Part shown: one piece after another, positions 13,029 through 25,461 of the stretch
How the letters are laid out: each line of letters opens with the position of its first letter
Numbering within the stretch: the first letter of the stretch is position 1
Assembly: GCA_951406725.2 (NCBI GenBank)
Contig: OX597814.1
Coordinates: forward strand, 78,368,001 to 78,432,000
Length of the DNA: 64,000 nt
Source: Octopus vulgaris
Lineage: Eukaryota
Reading direction: 5' to 3'
Notes under the pieces: model-generated
The model's input: only the letters and a program-made list of their open reading frames with translations
Told to the model about the DNA's origin: nothing
Databases searched by the model: none
Program-made: the position numbers and the translations under genes

Positions 13029-13865
13029 CTATGTACAAAATAAATATTGAACTTAGAAAAATTGCAACAAAAAATATTCAGACTATTTTCTGCTTCTTAT
13101 ATATAAGTTTACATACCATAGCTGGGAAAAATACTTAAACTTTACAACTTCTTTAGTAAATTATCATCAAATTATCATACTGAATCTATAATAATTTTTT
13201 TAGCTTTATTATTGAAACAAGTAAATTAAATATAAACAGTTAAAATACTAGAAAGAATTCAAAAACTTGGCAGTAAATGTAGAAAATTGGTATTAATATT
13301 ACAAGAAAAACAGAAATGAAAGATTAGAATTGAAAGAAGTTTTAGTATACATACAAAGTGAAAGAGAAGGTTTTATCACAATCATCAAGGAAATTTTTAG
13401 CATGCTCCAATTGTCTTGCTATCAAATGACACTCATTTACTGTATGGCTACTGTATAGCTTATAGACTAATGAAAGCAGAATCATAATACCACTAAGTTC
13501 CTTTCTGTGGTTGATTACAATCTCAACCCAAAACACACATCTTTCCTCCTCTTTTCATTACCCCTACTTTATTTTACTGCTAAAGCCTTGTGCCAACCAC
13601 TTAGTCCTAAACCTTCCTCTCCACAGAACATCATCCCTCTGAAATTCCCTTCTTGTTCATGTTTTCTCTCAGATGCCAACTTACAAGTATTAAAGCTAAA
13701 TATAAAATGCATCAGTTTTATTAATCTTGGAGATGCTGCAAAGCACATGGCAGTTTAACCTCTCTTCCTCCATACTAAGTCATGTAAAAAAAAAAAAAAA
13801 AAGAAAAGAAAAATGAGTAAAGGAAAGAATTTTCAGAAATGGTATGACACAAAATAAAGCCTTAC

Positions 13866-13921
13866 AGTATTTAGCTTTGTTGCTCTACAATGATTCAGCA
13901 AGGCTCCATGTTGCCTTTCAT
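13866..13921 (-). CDS. SNX13: candidate SNX13 linker exon (56 nt)
   Basis: ttctttattttgttgactggacag|...ACT|gtaagg; phase 1->0; DERQHGALLNHCRATKLNT. Confidence 0.6.
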
Positions 13922-15479
13922 CTGTCCAGTCAACAAAATAAAGAACAAATAATAGAGGAAATTCAAGAGTATAGCTATATGTCTCACCACACACACAACT
14001 TAGCTTCCTGCTCACAAAGTGGGGTTTTTTTTTTTTTTTTTTTTGTTAAAGTGGAAGCAACACACTGGCAGATTAGTAGCTCATAAATATTTAAAAGATA
14101 TCTTATGTACTTTCCAATGGATGGACACAGTGTTCTATCATTGTTTTCCACCAAAGTATATTGCCTTGAATAGCTAAGATACCAAAAGAGGTGTTAGAAA
14201 TTTTAAATGCCACATCAAATTTTGGTACAAGGCCAGCAATCTCAGGGAAAGAGAGTTAGTCAATTACATTGACCCCAGTAAGTGACTGGTACTTATTTTA
14301 TTGAATTCAGTACTTGGTTGGTACTTAGTTCATTAACAATGAAAGGATGAAAGCTAACCTCAGTGAGATTTGAACTTTGACTGTAATGAGCTGCAAGAAA
14401 TGCTGTTATGCATTTTGTCCAGAGCACAAACAATTTTACCAGCTTGCTGCTGAAATTTCTGATGTCACATCAAATTATTATAAATTATATGACCAGAAAA
14501 GTGATGAATTTTGAGGGACAGGCAAGGCTATGTTTAAAGGAGTTGTAGAAGAAATTAAGGTTCCTCTCAAAACAGCATCTATATCTTTCCTCTGCTGTTA
14601 TTGAATACACAATCCAACTGCAACAGGCCACTGGTATGTAAAATATCTGAGTAACCAAATTGACTTTCAAAGTAACATCTCATTTTCTGTTTCTAATTAT
14701 ATTTGAATTTCTATAATCCCATATGTCTAAAGTCAACTTACTAAATATTAAGGATACTTATCCAGTTATACAATGTCATAAAAGATATCAGTTTGCTATA
14801 GGTAACATTCTCTGATTAGAGTGGGTTTTTCTTTTTTCAAAGTCTTTTCTTAATTAAATTTTTACAAAGCCAATATTGTATGTCTTCCACCCCACCCTCA
14901 CGAAAGTAACCCCTTCAATATTAAACATAATTAATCAGTATTGTTCTATCATTTGTTTTTCTTGTTTAAACATACAGATATCTGAAGTAGCTTTTGGGAA
15001 AAAATGTTAAAAGAATATACAGAACCTTTCATGATGCAAAAAAGCATTAAGCAATTAGCTACAAAAAAAACAATAAAAATAAAGGAAAAGTTGCAAGCGA
15101 ACAGGAAAAACTTAGCAAGAAGCAATTTAATGTTACATTAAGAACCAGTTAAGCATCCAAAACCAAAGACTATTTCACATGGTTATTAAATTTGTTGATA
15201 TAACAGCCAGAAAGAAGCAAAGCTGATCTGAGAGCACTGGGACTTTTAGAAGAAATTATGCAGGACAATGACAAACATAGAAACTGATGTTGCAAACCTA
15301 TCCAATCCATATCAAGAAGAAAAAGGGATATAAAACTGATATTAATGATAATGTTCACTACAACAATGCTGATGACAGTCGTGAGTTATGGCATTTAGTC
15401 ATAAATTGATCAAGTTTAAAAGACATTTGCACTACCAAATTAAAAAAGGAAGAGGAATAATGTCTACTGAATTTTAAAG

Positions 15480-17100
15480 ATTTCCCAGACTAGTGAGTTT
15501 TTTTTATATATTCAGTTAAGAACTTCTGCAGGTGAACATCAACAGGATAAATGTAGACAAAGAGTATATTTTCTAGGCAGATGGATTGGTCAAAATGTTT
15601 AGAGTAGGGAGCCAGTGACATAAGAAACAAAATGAGAGGAAGAGGAGTGATAGGTTACTGAGTGGGCTATGTAGGGGTTATGAAATTTGCTAATTCAGGA
15701 GTGGATGCTGTTGCAGTTGCAAGAGAAAAGGCAGATAGAAGCAGTGTAAATGTGAGCTAGAGTTGTCTTTGTAAATCAGTTGAATGGGCTTGTTTTGGAT
15801 GCAGTCCAGAACGATTATGCATATAACACAATCCCAAGTATGTGAACAGTACTCTACTACATGTTACATATCAACTTTATTGACAGTTAACAAATGATGA
15901 GAGAGTATAAATATTTTTTTGGCTCCAAAATGAAAGCCTAATCTTTGGGATGAAGTTTTAGAGATACAAGATAATGTAACATCATCAAGAGAGATTATTG
16001 GAATTAGTGAAGCTTAAGCATTTGTATCAGCTGTGGGTTGTTCATGCTTGTATATGGTACTGCAATTCATTTTTTGTTAAGTGTAGTGATTGTATCTTGG
16101 TGTTGATGAAAAAAATTAGGTTGTCATGCACCATTTGAAGATAATTCTAAGGTTTCTTGATGTAAGAAAACATCAGTCAGCATGTACTGAAATGGAATGA
16201 CCTAATAAGAAATTCTGATTTAAGAGATGAAAAACAGATGGTATGGCCATAGGTGAGCAATTCTGATAAAAGAATCTCATGTTAGACATATAATCAAAGA
16301 ACAGGCTGACACCAAATGTAAGGACATTGCTATTCTATCACCTCTGAGGTTATCATGGTGAAAGTGATAGGTTGACAGAAGGCAGGGAGGATCAGAAGGA
16401 TTGCCCATCTTGAGAATGCGACAGTCATGATTCAACAAATTGAGATAATTTCTTGTAAAAAGAGAGAAAGAGGGAAAATGAGACTGAAAGGTTTTATGAG
16501 GACAAGGGGTAGGTCAAAGTACACTGTTTAAGGAATGGACACAATTCCATTGGTTACTTTGGTCTATTAAAATGACTGTTTATATAATGGTGAAACAGGT
16601 AGTATGAAGAAGAAATTTTGTGAGGAATTTGTTGCATGTGTGCCTTGTGGAGTTAGAAGCAAAACAAGCAGCATATATGGTCTTTTATCAGCACAAATGC
16701 TACTTACAGAGCCATCATGGTTTGAGGAATGGCAGGTAAGAGGATTCTGCAAAGTTTGTAGAGATCGTCTCCACAAGAGACCAAAAGACCCAGCTGTAAT
16801 TTAGAAGGAATGAGAGTTTGCAGACTGTACAATGCATGAATTATCCTTTGCTTTTCTGATGGACATCTTGCAGATATTGCACTGGTGGGTGACTTCTTCT
16901 AGATGCTGTAGAAAGTGTTCTTTGCTTGTGCAGTTGTAGTACAGTCGCAAGTGAATCACTGAGGGGTTTAGGGGTTGGGTTTTGGTAGTATGAGGAATAT
17001 AGGGAAGATACCTAGGAGACAAAATGTAAGGCAAAGATAAAGAGAAAACCTGTCTTATCCATGTAAGAACAGAAAAACAGACCCTGAATGAAATGGCTTT
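15480..17100 (-). mobile_element. very decayed LINE-like remnant
   Basis: Higher-complexity block with fragmentary Cys/His (PHD-like) motifs on the minus strand (HQCNICKM); no intact ORF. Confidence 0.3.
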
Positions 17101-18391
17101 GGTGATGATGCCGTATATATACATATATTTTTTTAACATATAAAGAGAACACAAACTTTAGAATAATGGTTATAACTTTAAAACTAGAAATCAGGTATTT
17201 TTAGTTTGTAAGCCACTTAACAGGCTATGTCACACAATAGATATAGTTGATTATTATTCAGCTTTAATAAAGACTGGTTTCATAAATCGATCACACGAAT
17301 AAAGGCCACATATCTCAACCTTCTATTCTAAGAGTGCTTTCACAAGTAACAGTATAATTCTTCATTAAATTAACAGGAAATATTCAATAAGTCCTGTAGC
17401 AGAGATTTCTTTTTTCATTAGATTTAAGAGACATTTTGTAGAGACATAACATGAAGAATAACTTCAAAATCTATAAATCAATACCAAAAGGAAAACAACA
17501 ATCAACACAAGTCCTATTTATTAAATTACTAAAACAATAATAAGACATGAATTTATTTTTAATTGATTCAGTTTTACTAGAAGCATATTCCATGTGTGAA
17601 TATCAGACTTTCTGCATTAAGAGAGAATTCACTGAATTGTGATTATTGTCATGTTGAGAAAAATGCCCATCTCAATGAAGCATTATCTAGGTGACTATGA
17701 GCTGGTACTCTGCACTATTGTATATGTACAAAGTGGAGGTAAACAAATTTTGATAACATATTTGAAACCTCAGTACATTGGTTATTTTCTTCTTTTTTAA
17801 CATGCAAGAAAAAAAAAAATTAACATTTCCAGCATTTTTAATATTTTTTACTATATCATTTGTTTTCCTTGAATTCAAACATATAAGGTTCATTATTATA
17901 CATATTAAAATTAGAAGTTTTAAAAATGGTAATTCAGTCTGCAGAAATGACATATTTATCTCTAAAATAGCTAAAGAAGAATGATGGCCATGACAATTTC
18001 TTAAAAGGTGCATATCATCACAAATATACAGGTATTGAAGAGAATCAATTGAACTGACCTCAAGATAATACTGACACTTATTTTAAGCACTCAAGAAATT
18101 AAATATAAAGTTAACCTAGAAAATATAACTTCCAGCTTTACTATTACTGCTAAGTCTTGCTACAATATTATTAGTAACTACCCACTCCACAAAATTAGAG
18201 ATAACGAGTTCTAATTCTAATTCAGTCAAAACATTTAATATTTTATGCAAAAATTAATTAAATAAAATCACAATGCACAATGGATGCCATGCAAGCATTG
18301 AAATGAAGATAAAAAAAGAGAGAAGTTTTTAATATTCTAAACTTCAAAGGCAATACAAAAATGCGAACAATCTTAAATAGCACACGCACAC

Positions 18392-18409
18392 CAATAAATG
18401 TAAGAAATG
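18392..18409 (-). CDS. SNX13: candidate microexon (18 nt)
   Basis: ttttcgttctttcttgtattaacag|CATTTCTTACATTTATTG|gtgtgc; phase 1->1; AFLTFI. Confidence 0.4.
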
Positions 18410-18763
18410 CTGTTAATACAAGAAAGAACGAAAAAGCCACAAAACCAATTCAAATCACGCATACTCTGACATGCAATATAATAATAATAATAAAAAAAAA
18501 TTTTTAAATGATCTACCAGAGCAGAAATTCTATTAATATTTCTGGTACAGTGGAGTATTAGCTAGCATATCTATCTAATAGATGCAAAAATGGGGAATAT
18601 ACAAGTGACAACATTTTGCTTGAACAAAGTAAAAAAATTAAAGAAAAATTAGGAACTGTGAACAAAGCCAAAGTCTCACTCGATAATCTGTCCAATATTA
18701 TTATATTTAATTTATTTCGTATTTGTCATGGTTTAATCAACATGCAACTGAAGTCAGAAATAC

Positions 18764-18854
18764 CTGACACACTGAACAGAGGAAAAGCACCCAACACTTG
18801 AGCAGGGCCTTTGATTACAGATTTCTGCAAACAGTCAGACTCTGGGTACATCAC
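18764..18854 (-). CDS. SNX13: candidate SNX13 linker exon (91 nt)
   Basis: tatacag|GTG...CAG|gtattt; phase 0->1, open; VMYPESDCLQKSVIKGPAQVLGAFPLFSVS. Confidence 0.5.
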
Positions 18855-20173
18855 CTGTATAATGTACAATAAACGAAGGCTTTTCTCAGCTTCTAAGATG
18901 TTCAGCAGTGCACTGAGGTCTTCTTTCTTGTGTAGGTAATGGATAGTCTTACGTCAATTTTCTTCATGACAAGATTTGAACTCAGCATTCAAGGATAATA
19001 AATTACTCATCAATTATAACATCCACAGACCTACTGCTAAGATCATCAAACATTAGTTCCTGTAGGATCTATTTATTACTAGATGACTAGAACAGAATCA
19101 CTGAGCTTTAAGACTTACTGACAAGAGAAGAGGTACAACTTAGCTGGTAGAGAACTAAGTGTAGACTGAACTGCTAAAAACCCAACCATATACAACTCAC
19201 ATAAATTTAATATTCTATCATTTTTGTAATACTTCTTTTATAATATTTTATTGTAATCACATGTTTTCATTTAAATATTCTGCTCCACAGAAGAATAAAT
19301 AATCTTGTTATGGTAAATGTAATTCTTTCTACTAAACTCACAAGTCCTGATCAACTCCAGTTCTCAACTGGCAAAGTCAACTACAGCAGAATTTGAACTC
19401 AGAATGTAAAGCCAGAAAAATGCCACTAAGCATTTGGTCTGACAGAGTAATGATTCTGCCAGCTCGCTGCCTTTTTGTTATGGTAAATATAATGATTGCA
19501 CAATAAAACTCTACATTCAGAAGAAACATAATATATCCTGTGTGTTGGTTGTATAGTTTGTTTATTGCTATCTCAAATATCATCTTTTCAGTTAGCATCA
19601 ATCATAGATCCATGTATGGATGCTCACAGCAAAATGAAGCAATGAATCAAGTACAATTCCCAGTTCATCCATTTATTTCACTTTCCATTAAACTTCATAC
19701 CTAGAACCTCTGTCTACAGTTTTTAACCCATGAGGAAAAGAGGTGGGGGGGGGATGGGCTCTACCAGGCTGGCTACCTCTTTAGTACTGAATCAACAGCC
19801 AGTTAAGGATTATTTGAATATTTCTATACATAAGTCTATGAGAATAAGACCGACACTGACAAAGAAAAAAATGAATGATGGTGATGATGATGATAAGACA
19901 ATACTGAATTACAGCAGTGTTCCTAATAAGCAAACCAACAATGCATATTACTATTTATATGTAATTTGCAAGTTGTTTTAATCATGTAAGTTAAGTACAA
20001 ATTTTATACAATATCAATAATATACAATAGTGATTGAATACAGTATACTAGTTAACAATTTTCATCATTTACAAAAGGAATAATGCATTTCTGCATTTCA
20101 GTAAAGCAGCAATTGGCAACCTCTTGGAATACAGAAAACCTCTCTTGTTAAAAATCATATGTAATAGTCATAC

Positions 20174-20199
20174 AACTAAAACAGTTTTTGTTTCATTTT
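20174..20199 (-). CDS. SNX13: candidate alternative microexon (26 nt)
   Basis: long poly-T acceptor ttttttttattctgtttcag|...|gtatga; phase 1->0 reading ENETKTVLV; contains a stop if read in phase 0. Confidence 0.3.
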
Positions 20200-21059
20200 C
20201 TGAAACAGAATAAAAAAAAAAAAGGATCACTTCTATGGAATTAAAGAGTCTTTAGATGGAATACTGAAGGATTGTAATTTTACGCTGAAATACTAAGATT
20301 TGGTATGCCAATGTTTATTTGGTACTGTACTTCATATAAGTTGCCAATCACTGATACAAATTGTTTCAACTCTGAAGATGTAGGATAATTCATATCAACA
20401 CTGTTGTATGATAATTCATATCAACTACATGATTAAACCAATAAGGGAGCCTCTATATGGTTGTTAGATATGCTAGAAATAACAGCAAATCCTCCATCAA
20501 ATAACAGCCAAACTTATTAAATGATGTCGAAAAGCATAGGCTCGAAATGTCAAGACTTTTCCATTTATTAAAGACTTTTCCAAGCGTTAAACTAATACAC
20601 AAACTTGTTGTTCCCTCACCTATCTTCAACCTTTGTTTTCTGTAAATTTGAACTATATATATATATATATATAATTTGGTAGTGTGATACTGATAGTCAA
20701 TATTCTAACTGAATCACAGAAACAATGTTTCCTCTGATTTTTAAAACTGATGATAACGTCTATCAATCACAAATCTGATAGAAGAGAAGTGCCATCATTT
20801 TTCAAAGACAGGATGGGATTTGAACTCAGTACACTGAGTCAGAACTGATGCCACAAGATATTTCATCCAATACTCTAACAACTCCACAAATCTACCAACA
20901 CGGACGATACCTTATCAACTGAAAAAGGATGAAAGATAAACATGACCTTGGAAGGATTTGAACTCAAAGAGTAGGGAGTCAGAGCTCAACATTCTACTGA
21001 CTCTGCAAATTTGCTGTCTATTTCTTATCAGACAATGTAATCCTAAATATACAGAAGTA

Positions 21060-22314
21060 TTGGGTCATCCCATAGAAAATGCAATTTTTTCAATTGCATG
21101 AACTAAAAGTTGGAAGGGGACAGGATAAACTACCTGCATCAACTTATTTTGAAAGCAGGTAGTAATTTTACCTTGTACTCATTCTTAGTGCAAGTTTTGA
21201 AGAGTGCAGCTCGATTTTAACAGTTATTTTTTTCAAAGCTATAATGGAAGTGACAAAGAAGCATATTCAGCATATTTTGCTTTATGAATTCAATAAAGCA
21301 ACAGCACAACAGAAAGTGCAAGGAATATTAATGCAGTATATGGAGACCAGAGAATAAGTGTAAGCCAGTGTCAATGGTGGTTCCAGAAATTCCAAGCCAG
21401 CAACTGCAACCTAGAAGATGAGCCTCATGCTGGAGGATCTGTAAAACTCGTTGAGGACATCCTGCAAACCCTGGTGAAAGAAAATCCCATCATAACTGTT
21501 GATGAACTAGCAGAGAAGCTTGAATTTCATCATTCAACTATTCATCAATACCTGTGTGCCATTGGGGTAAGTCAGCAAATTGGGTCAATGGATTCCTCAC
21601 AAACTTTCCAAGTCTAATTGCATGCAGAGAGTCAATGTGTGCTCGTCTTTGCTGTCATGTCTCACAAACGACCTGTTTTTGGACCAAATAGTGACTAGTG
21701 ATGAGAAATGGGTTCTCTATAAAAATGTCAAGCACCTAAGACAGTGGCTGGGGAAAGGAGAAACACCAGCATCCCAGACTAAAGAAGGTCTTTACACATG
21801 TAAGCTGTTGTTATGTTTGGTGGGATATGAAAGGTTTAGTCCACTTTGAACTTTTAAACCCAAACCAAATGATGAAGAAGATCTACTGTGAGCAGCTTGA
21901 GCAGCTTAAGTCAGTGCTAGAAGTAAAATGACTATCATTGGTTTCAAGATGAAAGGTGTTTTCCCATCAGCGAGGATGACATTCCAAAAGCTGGAGCAGT
22001 TTGAATGGGGAACAATGCCCCACCCACCATATTTACCAGTCACTGCCCCATCAGATTATCATTTATTCCACAGTTTTCAAAACCATTTGAATGGGAAAAA
22101 TATGAATTCTGTAGACAAGGTCAGAACAGTAGTGGAGGAGTATTTTTTGTCACAGGTAAGTTAATTTTGGGAGAGGGGCCTCACAAATCTACCAGACAGA
22201 TGGAAGAGCATTGTAGAAAATGAAAGAGATTATATTTGAGATTAAAATAGAACTTTGCTTTAATTTTGAAAAATAAAAGAATAAAAAAACTGCATTATTT
22301 ATGGGATGACCCAA
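21060..22314 (+). mobile_element. full-length decayed mariner (1255 bp)
   Basis: TA|ttgggtcatcccata ... tatgggatgacccaa|TA; motifs WIPHKL, TSDEKW, HPPY..APSDYHLF; frameshifts and stops. Confidence 0.93.
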
Positions 22315-23073
22315 TATATCTAGAATGATCACAGAGGGAACAGCTTTGACAATAGATCAGCTTGGTCAGGGCTAAACAAACAACAAATTGTCTTTTATTT
22401 ACTTTAGGTGGGGGAAGGCAGTGAGCTGACAGAATTGTCAGCATGTCCAGCTTTATGTTCTGAGTTCAAATTCTGTCAGGATTAACTTTATCTTTCATCC
22501 TTTCAGGGTCAGTGAAATAAGTACTAATTGAGCACTGAGGTTGATGTAATCAATTTACCCAGTCTCCCAAAATTTCAGGCCTTGTGCCTATAATAGATTT
22601 AATTTAGGTGGGGGTGGATATTTTAATTTCAAATATTGTATAAAATAGTACAAACAATGCTATTGCTGTTGTTGTTGTTTGACTCAAGTCAGCAACAATT
22701 TAGCAGATCTGTAATCAAAGGTACTGAAACCATGACTATCCAATCTTTTCTTAAGGAATGGTGTACTTTTGATCATGTTATCCAATGCATTATTTTTCAG
22801 TGATAGATAAGAGGCAGTTTGAGAGAGGTTTGGCTGCTGTTTCTAACAGATTTAATAACATACCAGACAGGTACCCTTGGTGTTATGTTGGACAACATGG
22901 AACTGTTTCACAATAATTTCTAATTTAGTTTTCAGTAATTGTGAACTAAAAGAGCAGGTAATTGCTATGTGGAAATAATGCAAGACATTAAAACAAAATA
23001 AGTACTAATTTAACTAATCATAGCCGATAGGGTGAAGGGTGAAACAATTTAAAGCTTTCAAAGATGCACTTAC

Positions 23074-23243
23074 AGTAGTAGTAGTAGTAGTGGTAGTAGT
23101 AATAGTAGTAGTAGTAGAGCAGATGGTATCACTAGTGGTGGTGGTGGTAGTAGTAGTACAAGTGGAATCACTAATGGTAGTAGTGATGGTAGTAGTAGTA
23201 GTAGTAGCAAGCAGAGAAGGGTTACTGGACTTGGATGAACAAA
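23074..23243 (-). CDS. SNX13: candidate SNX13 Thr-rich linker exon
   Basis: ttttgttttctttgtttag|...ACT|gtaagt; 170 nt, phase 1->0, open; VCSSKSSNPSLLATTTTTTITTTISDSTCTTTTTTTTSDTICSTTTTITTTTTTTTT. Confidence 0.55.
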
Positions 23244-23679
23244 CTAAACAAAGAAAACAAAATTTACAAAAAAAAATGCAAAAAGAACTGACAGAGAAAC
23301 TAATAACAACAAACAACAGTTAAAATAGCACAAACCACATGCCATCACTCATACAACAATGCAATATTGAATCAATGACTATAGCAACATCCACAGTATC
23401 TTTTTATATAGGATGGGGGTGAAAGGGTTAGCAAAAATAACAACAATATTAATAATAATAATAACAATAATAATAATGGCTTAAATATTGTAGATTTAAG
23501 ATATGGCAAAGCAAACAGTAGGCATTCCTCAGCCAGCAAATATCATTGAGCAAAAGTGCAAAAAGATTTGCAATAAATTGCACCACAGCACCACCAACAA
23601 CAACAATAATAACATATGGCAACAACAATAACAGTAACAATAAAAATACTGGCTGCAGATCATATCTTTTCAGCAATAC

Positions 23680-23706
23680 CTACTTGGAACCAAATTATCC
23701 GTGGAA
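23680..23706 (-). CDS. SNX13: candidate SNX13 linker microexon (27 nt; alternative 23-nt form ends at 23684)
   Basis: tttttgttttgttttatcacag|TTCCACGGATAATTTGGTTCCAA(GTAG)|gt; two tandem donors (gtaggt, gtattg); phase-1 reading VPRIIWFQ(V). Confidence 0.45.
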
Positions 23707-23947
23707 CTGTGATAAAACAAAACAAAAATAATATACTATACACATGTAGAGATGTGTGTGTGTGTTTGTGTGTGCATTGTAAATAATTCTTTCAAAATTC
23801 TAAAAATATTCATAACCATTGTAGGAAAAATGTGGCATTTGTAAAACCAAGATTCAATATAATGCATGCATGCACATAAATGCATATGTGTGCATTATGT
23901 ATATATATGCATACATACACACACATATACACAAACACACTCCCATA

Positions 23948-24169
23948 TACAAGGGGGTGCTGAAAAATTCCTGACTTTGGGTTAAAAGATATATGGGAGG
24001 ATCAGTTAATTATGATTTTATAGAACATATTTCCTTCTCAGATGCACACACTTATTGCAGAAGCCCTTAAATTTTTCTAAGCCCTATAAAAGAACGCAGA
24101 ATGTCAGGCCTCCAGCCAGGCCTTTCGCAATACCCTTATAGACAGGAATTTTTCAATACCCCTTCATAT
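23948..24169. mobile_element. mariner-derived MITE
   Basis: tacaagggggtgctgaaaaattcctg ... caggaatttttcaataccccttcata inverted ends. Confidence 0.7.
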
Positions 24170-24366
24170 ACACACGCGCACAAACACACAAACAAGCAAG
24201 GGGACAAATGAAAAAAGTAACACTCAACACATTTGATAGAAAGTACATATATTTTTAATAACATAAGATATCTGATGGGATAGTCCATCATAACATGCCC
24301 AGAGTTGAGTCAAACTGTTATTAAACATAAATATAGATAAATGACTATATATGTGTGTGTGTGTAT

Positions 24367-24632
24367 AATACAACCCTACAACATCTGTGACTACTGCAGA
24401 ATCACTAGACCCCATAGTGATATAGAAGATATCTAGTGTATTTCCCAGTCCATAGTTTGTTATTAAATTTAATAACTACTATGGACTAGGAAAAATACAC
24501 TGGACAATTTCAGTATTATTATGGAGTCTAGTGACTCTGCAGAAGTCACAGATCTTCTAAGGTTGTATTTACTACACAATATCAAAAAACAATTCTCTAA
24601 TTTTCAAGGAGGTTTATATAGGGTTGACTCTA
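24367..24632. mobile_element. Penelope-like RT fragment folded back as a spacer-less palindrome
   Basis: Arms of about 100 bp around 24467/24468; plus arm reads LWTRKNTLDNFSIIMESSDSAEVTDLLRLYLLHNIKKQFSNFQGGLYRVDS, minus arm reads MGSSDSAVVTDVVGLY. Confidence 0.75.
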
Positions 24633-24639
24633 TTTTTTC

Positions 24640-24680
<41 letters not shown>

Positions 24681-24691
24681 ATAGACAGATA

Positions 24692-25461
24692 GATAAAATA
24701 AGAAATGGAGTTATATGCAGGTGGTTTTCAAATCTTTATACTTCCGATATATGTTTCAAAGATAACATTGATATTATTCCAGGGGGAATAAATTGATGTA
24801 AAGGCACTTATGCTGCAAAATTACATTTTTCAATTTGGTGTTATTATTTGAACTAAAATTTATATTATTACCATTATGACGTGTTTTCATATCCTGATTA
24901 ATAGAGGTAGAATTAATGTCAATAGGGTTAATGTAGGTAAATTTTTCTTTATAGCCTGCTTTAAGTAAGGCAGAGTTATAAAATTTGGCTTTATCGTTGG
25001 AGATATCAGCATTGGCAGATAATCTAGAAAGTCTAAGTGAAATATTTTTAACTAAATTCCTTTTAATAGCCTTTGAATGATTACTGAAAGAGCTAATATA
25101 TTTTAAATTAGTTGAGGGTTTATGGTATGGGAAATATCAATCATCATACAAGTTAAGAGTAATATCCAAAAAGTTGGCTTTAGTTATATCACCATCGAAA
25201 ACAATGTGTAAGCCCATGTTTCGGAGAAATTTAACCAACCTATTTTTAACCCTTTGTAATTTTTGCTTAGAAATATTTTGAAAGTAGAGTAAATAACCGT
25301 CATGATATAAACCTCCATTGATGTTTGGGAATTTGGTCAGCCATCTCATAAAGGATATATATACCGACCAAATCAGACAGTTGTGCCAAATCAAAATTCC
25401 CCATCATGACATCAAATCTGTCAGGCATATCTTTATGGACCCACAGCTTGTTTTCAAATTT
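24692..25461 (-). mobile_element. Penelope-like element, internally deleted, left arm
   Basis: KFENKLWVHKDMPDRFDVMMGNFDLAQLSDLVGIYIL, GGLYHDG, ANFLDITLNL; terminal segment is inverse to 26905-27020. Confidence 0.8.

Noticed and set aside
18764-18771. 8-nt microexon (ttcag|TGTGTCAG|gtattt, phase 1->0)
   Set aside because: It is the 3' end of the 91-nt candidate and too short to distinguish from chance without reads.
23039-23323. Plus-strand poly-Val ORF
   Set aside because: Antisense shadow of the (ACT)n tract; the splice signals support the minus strand only.
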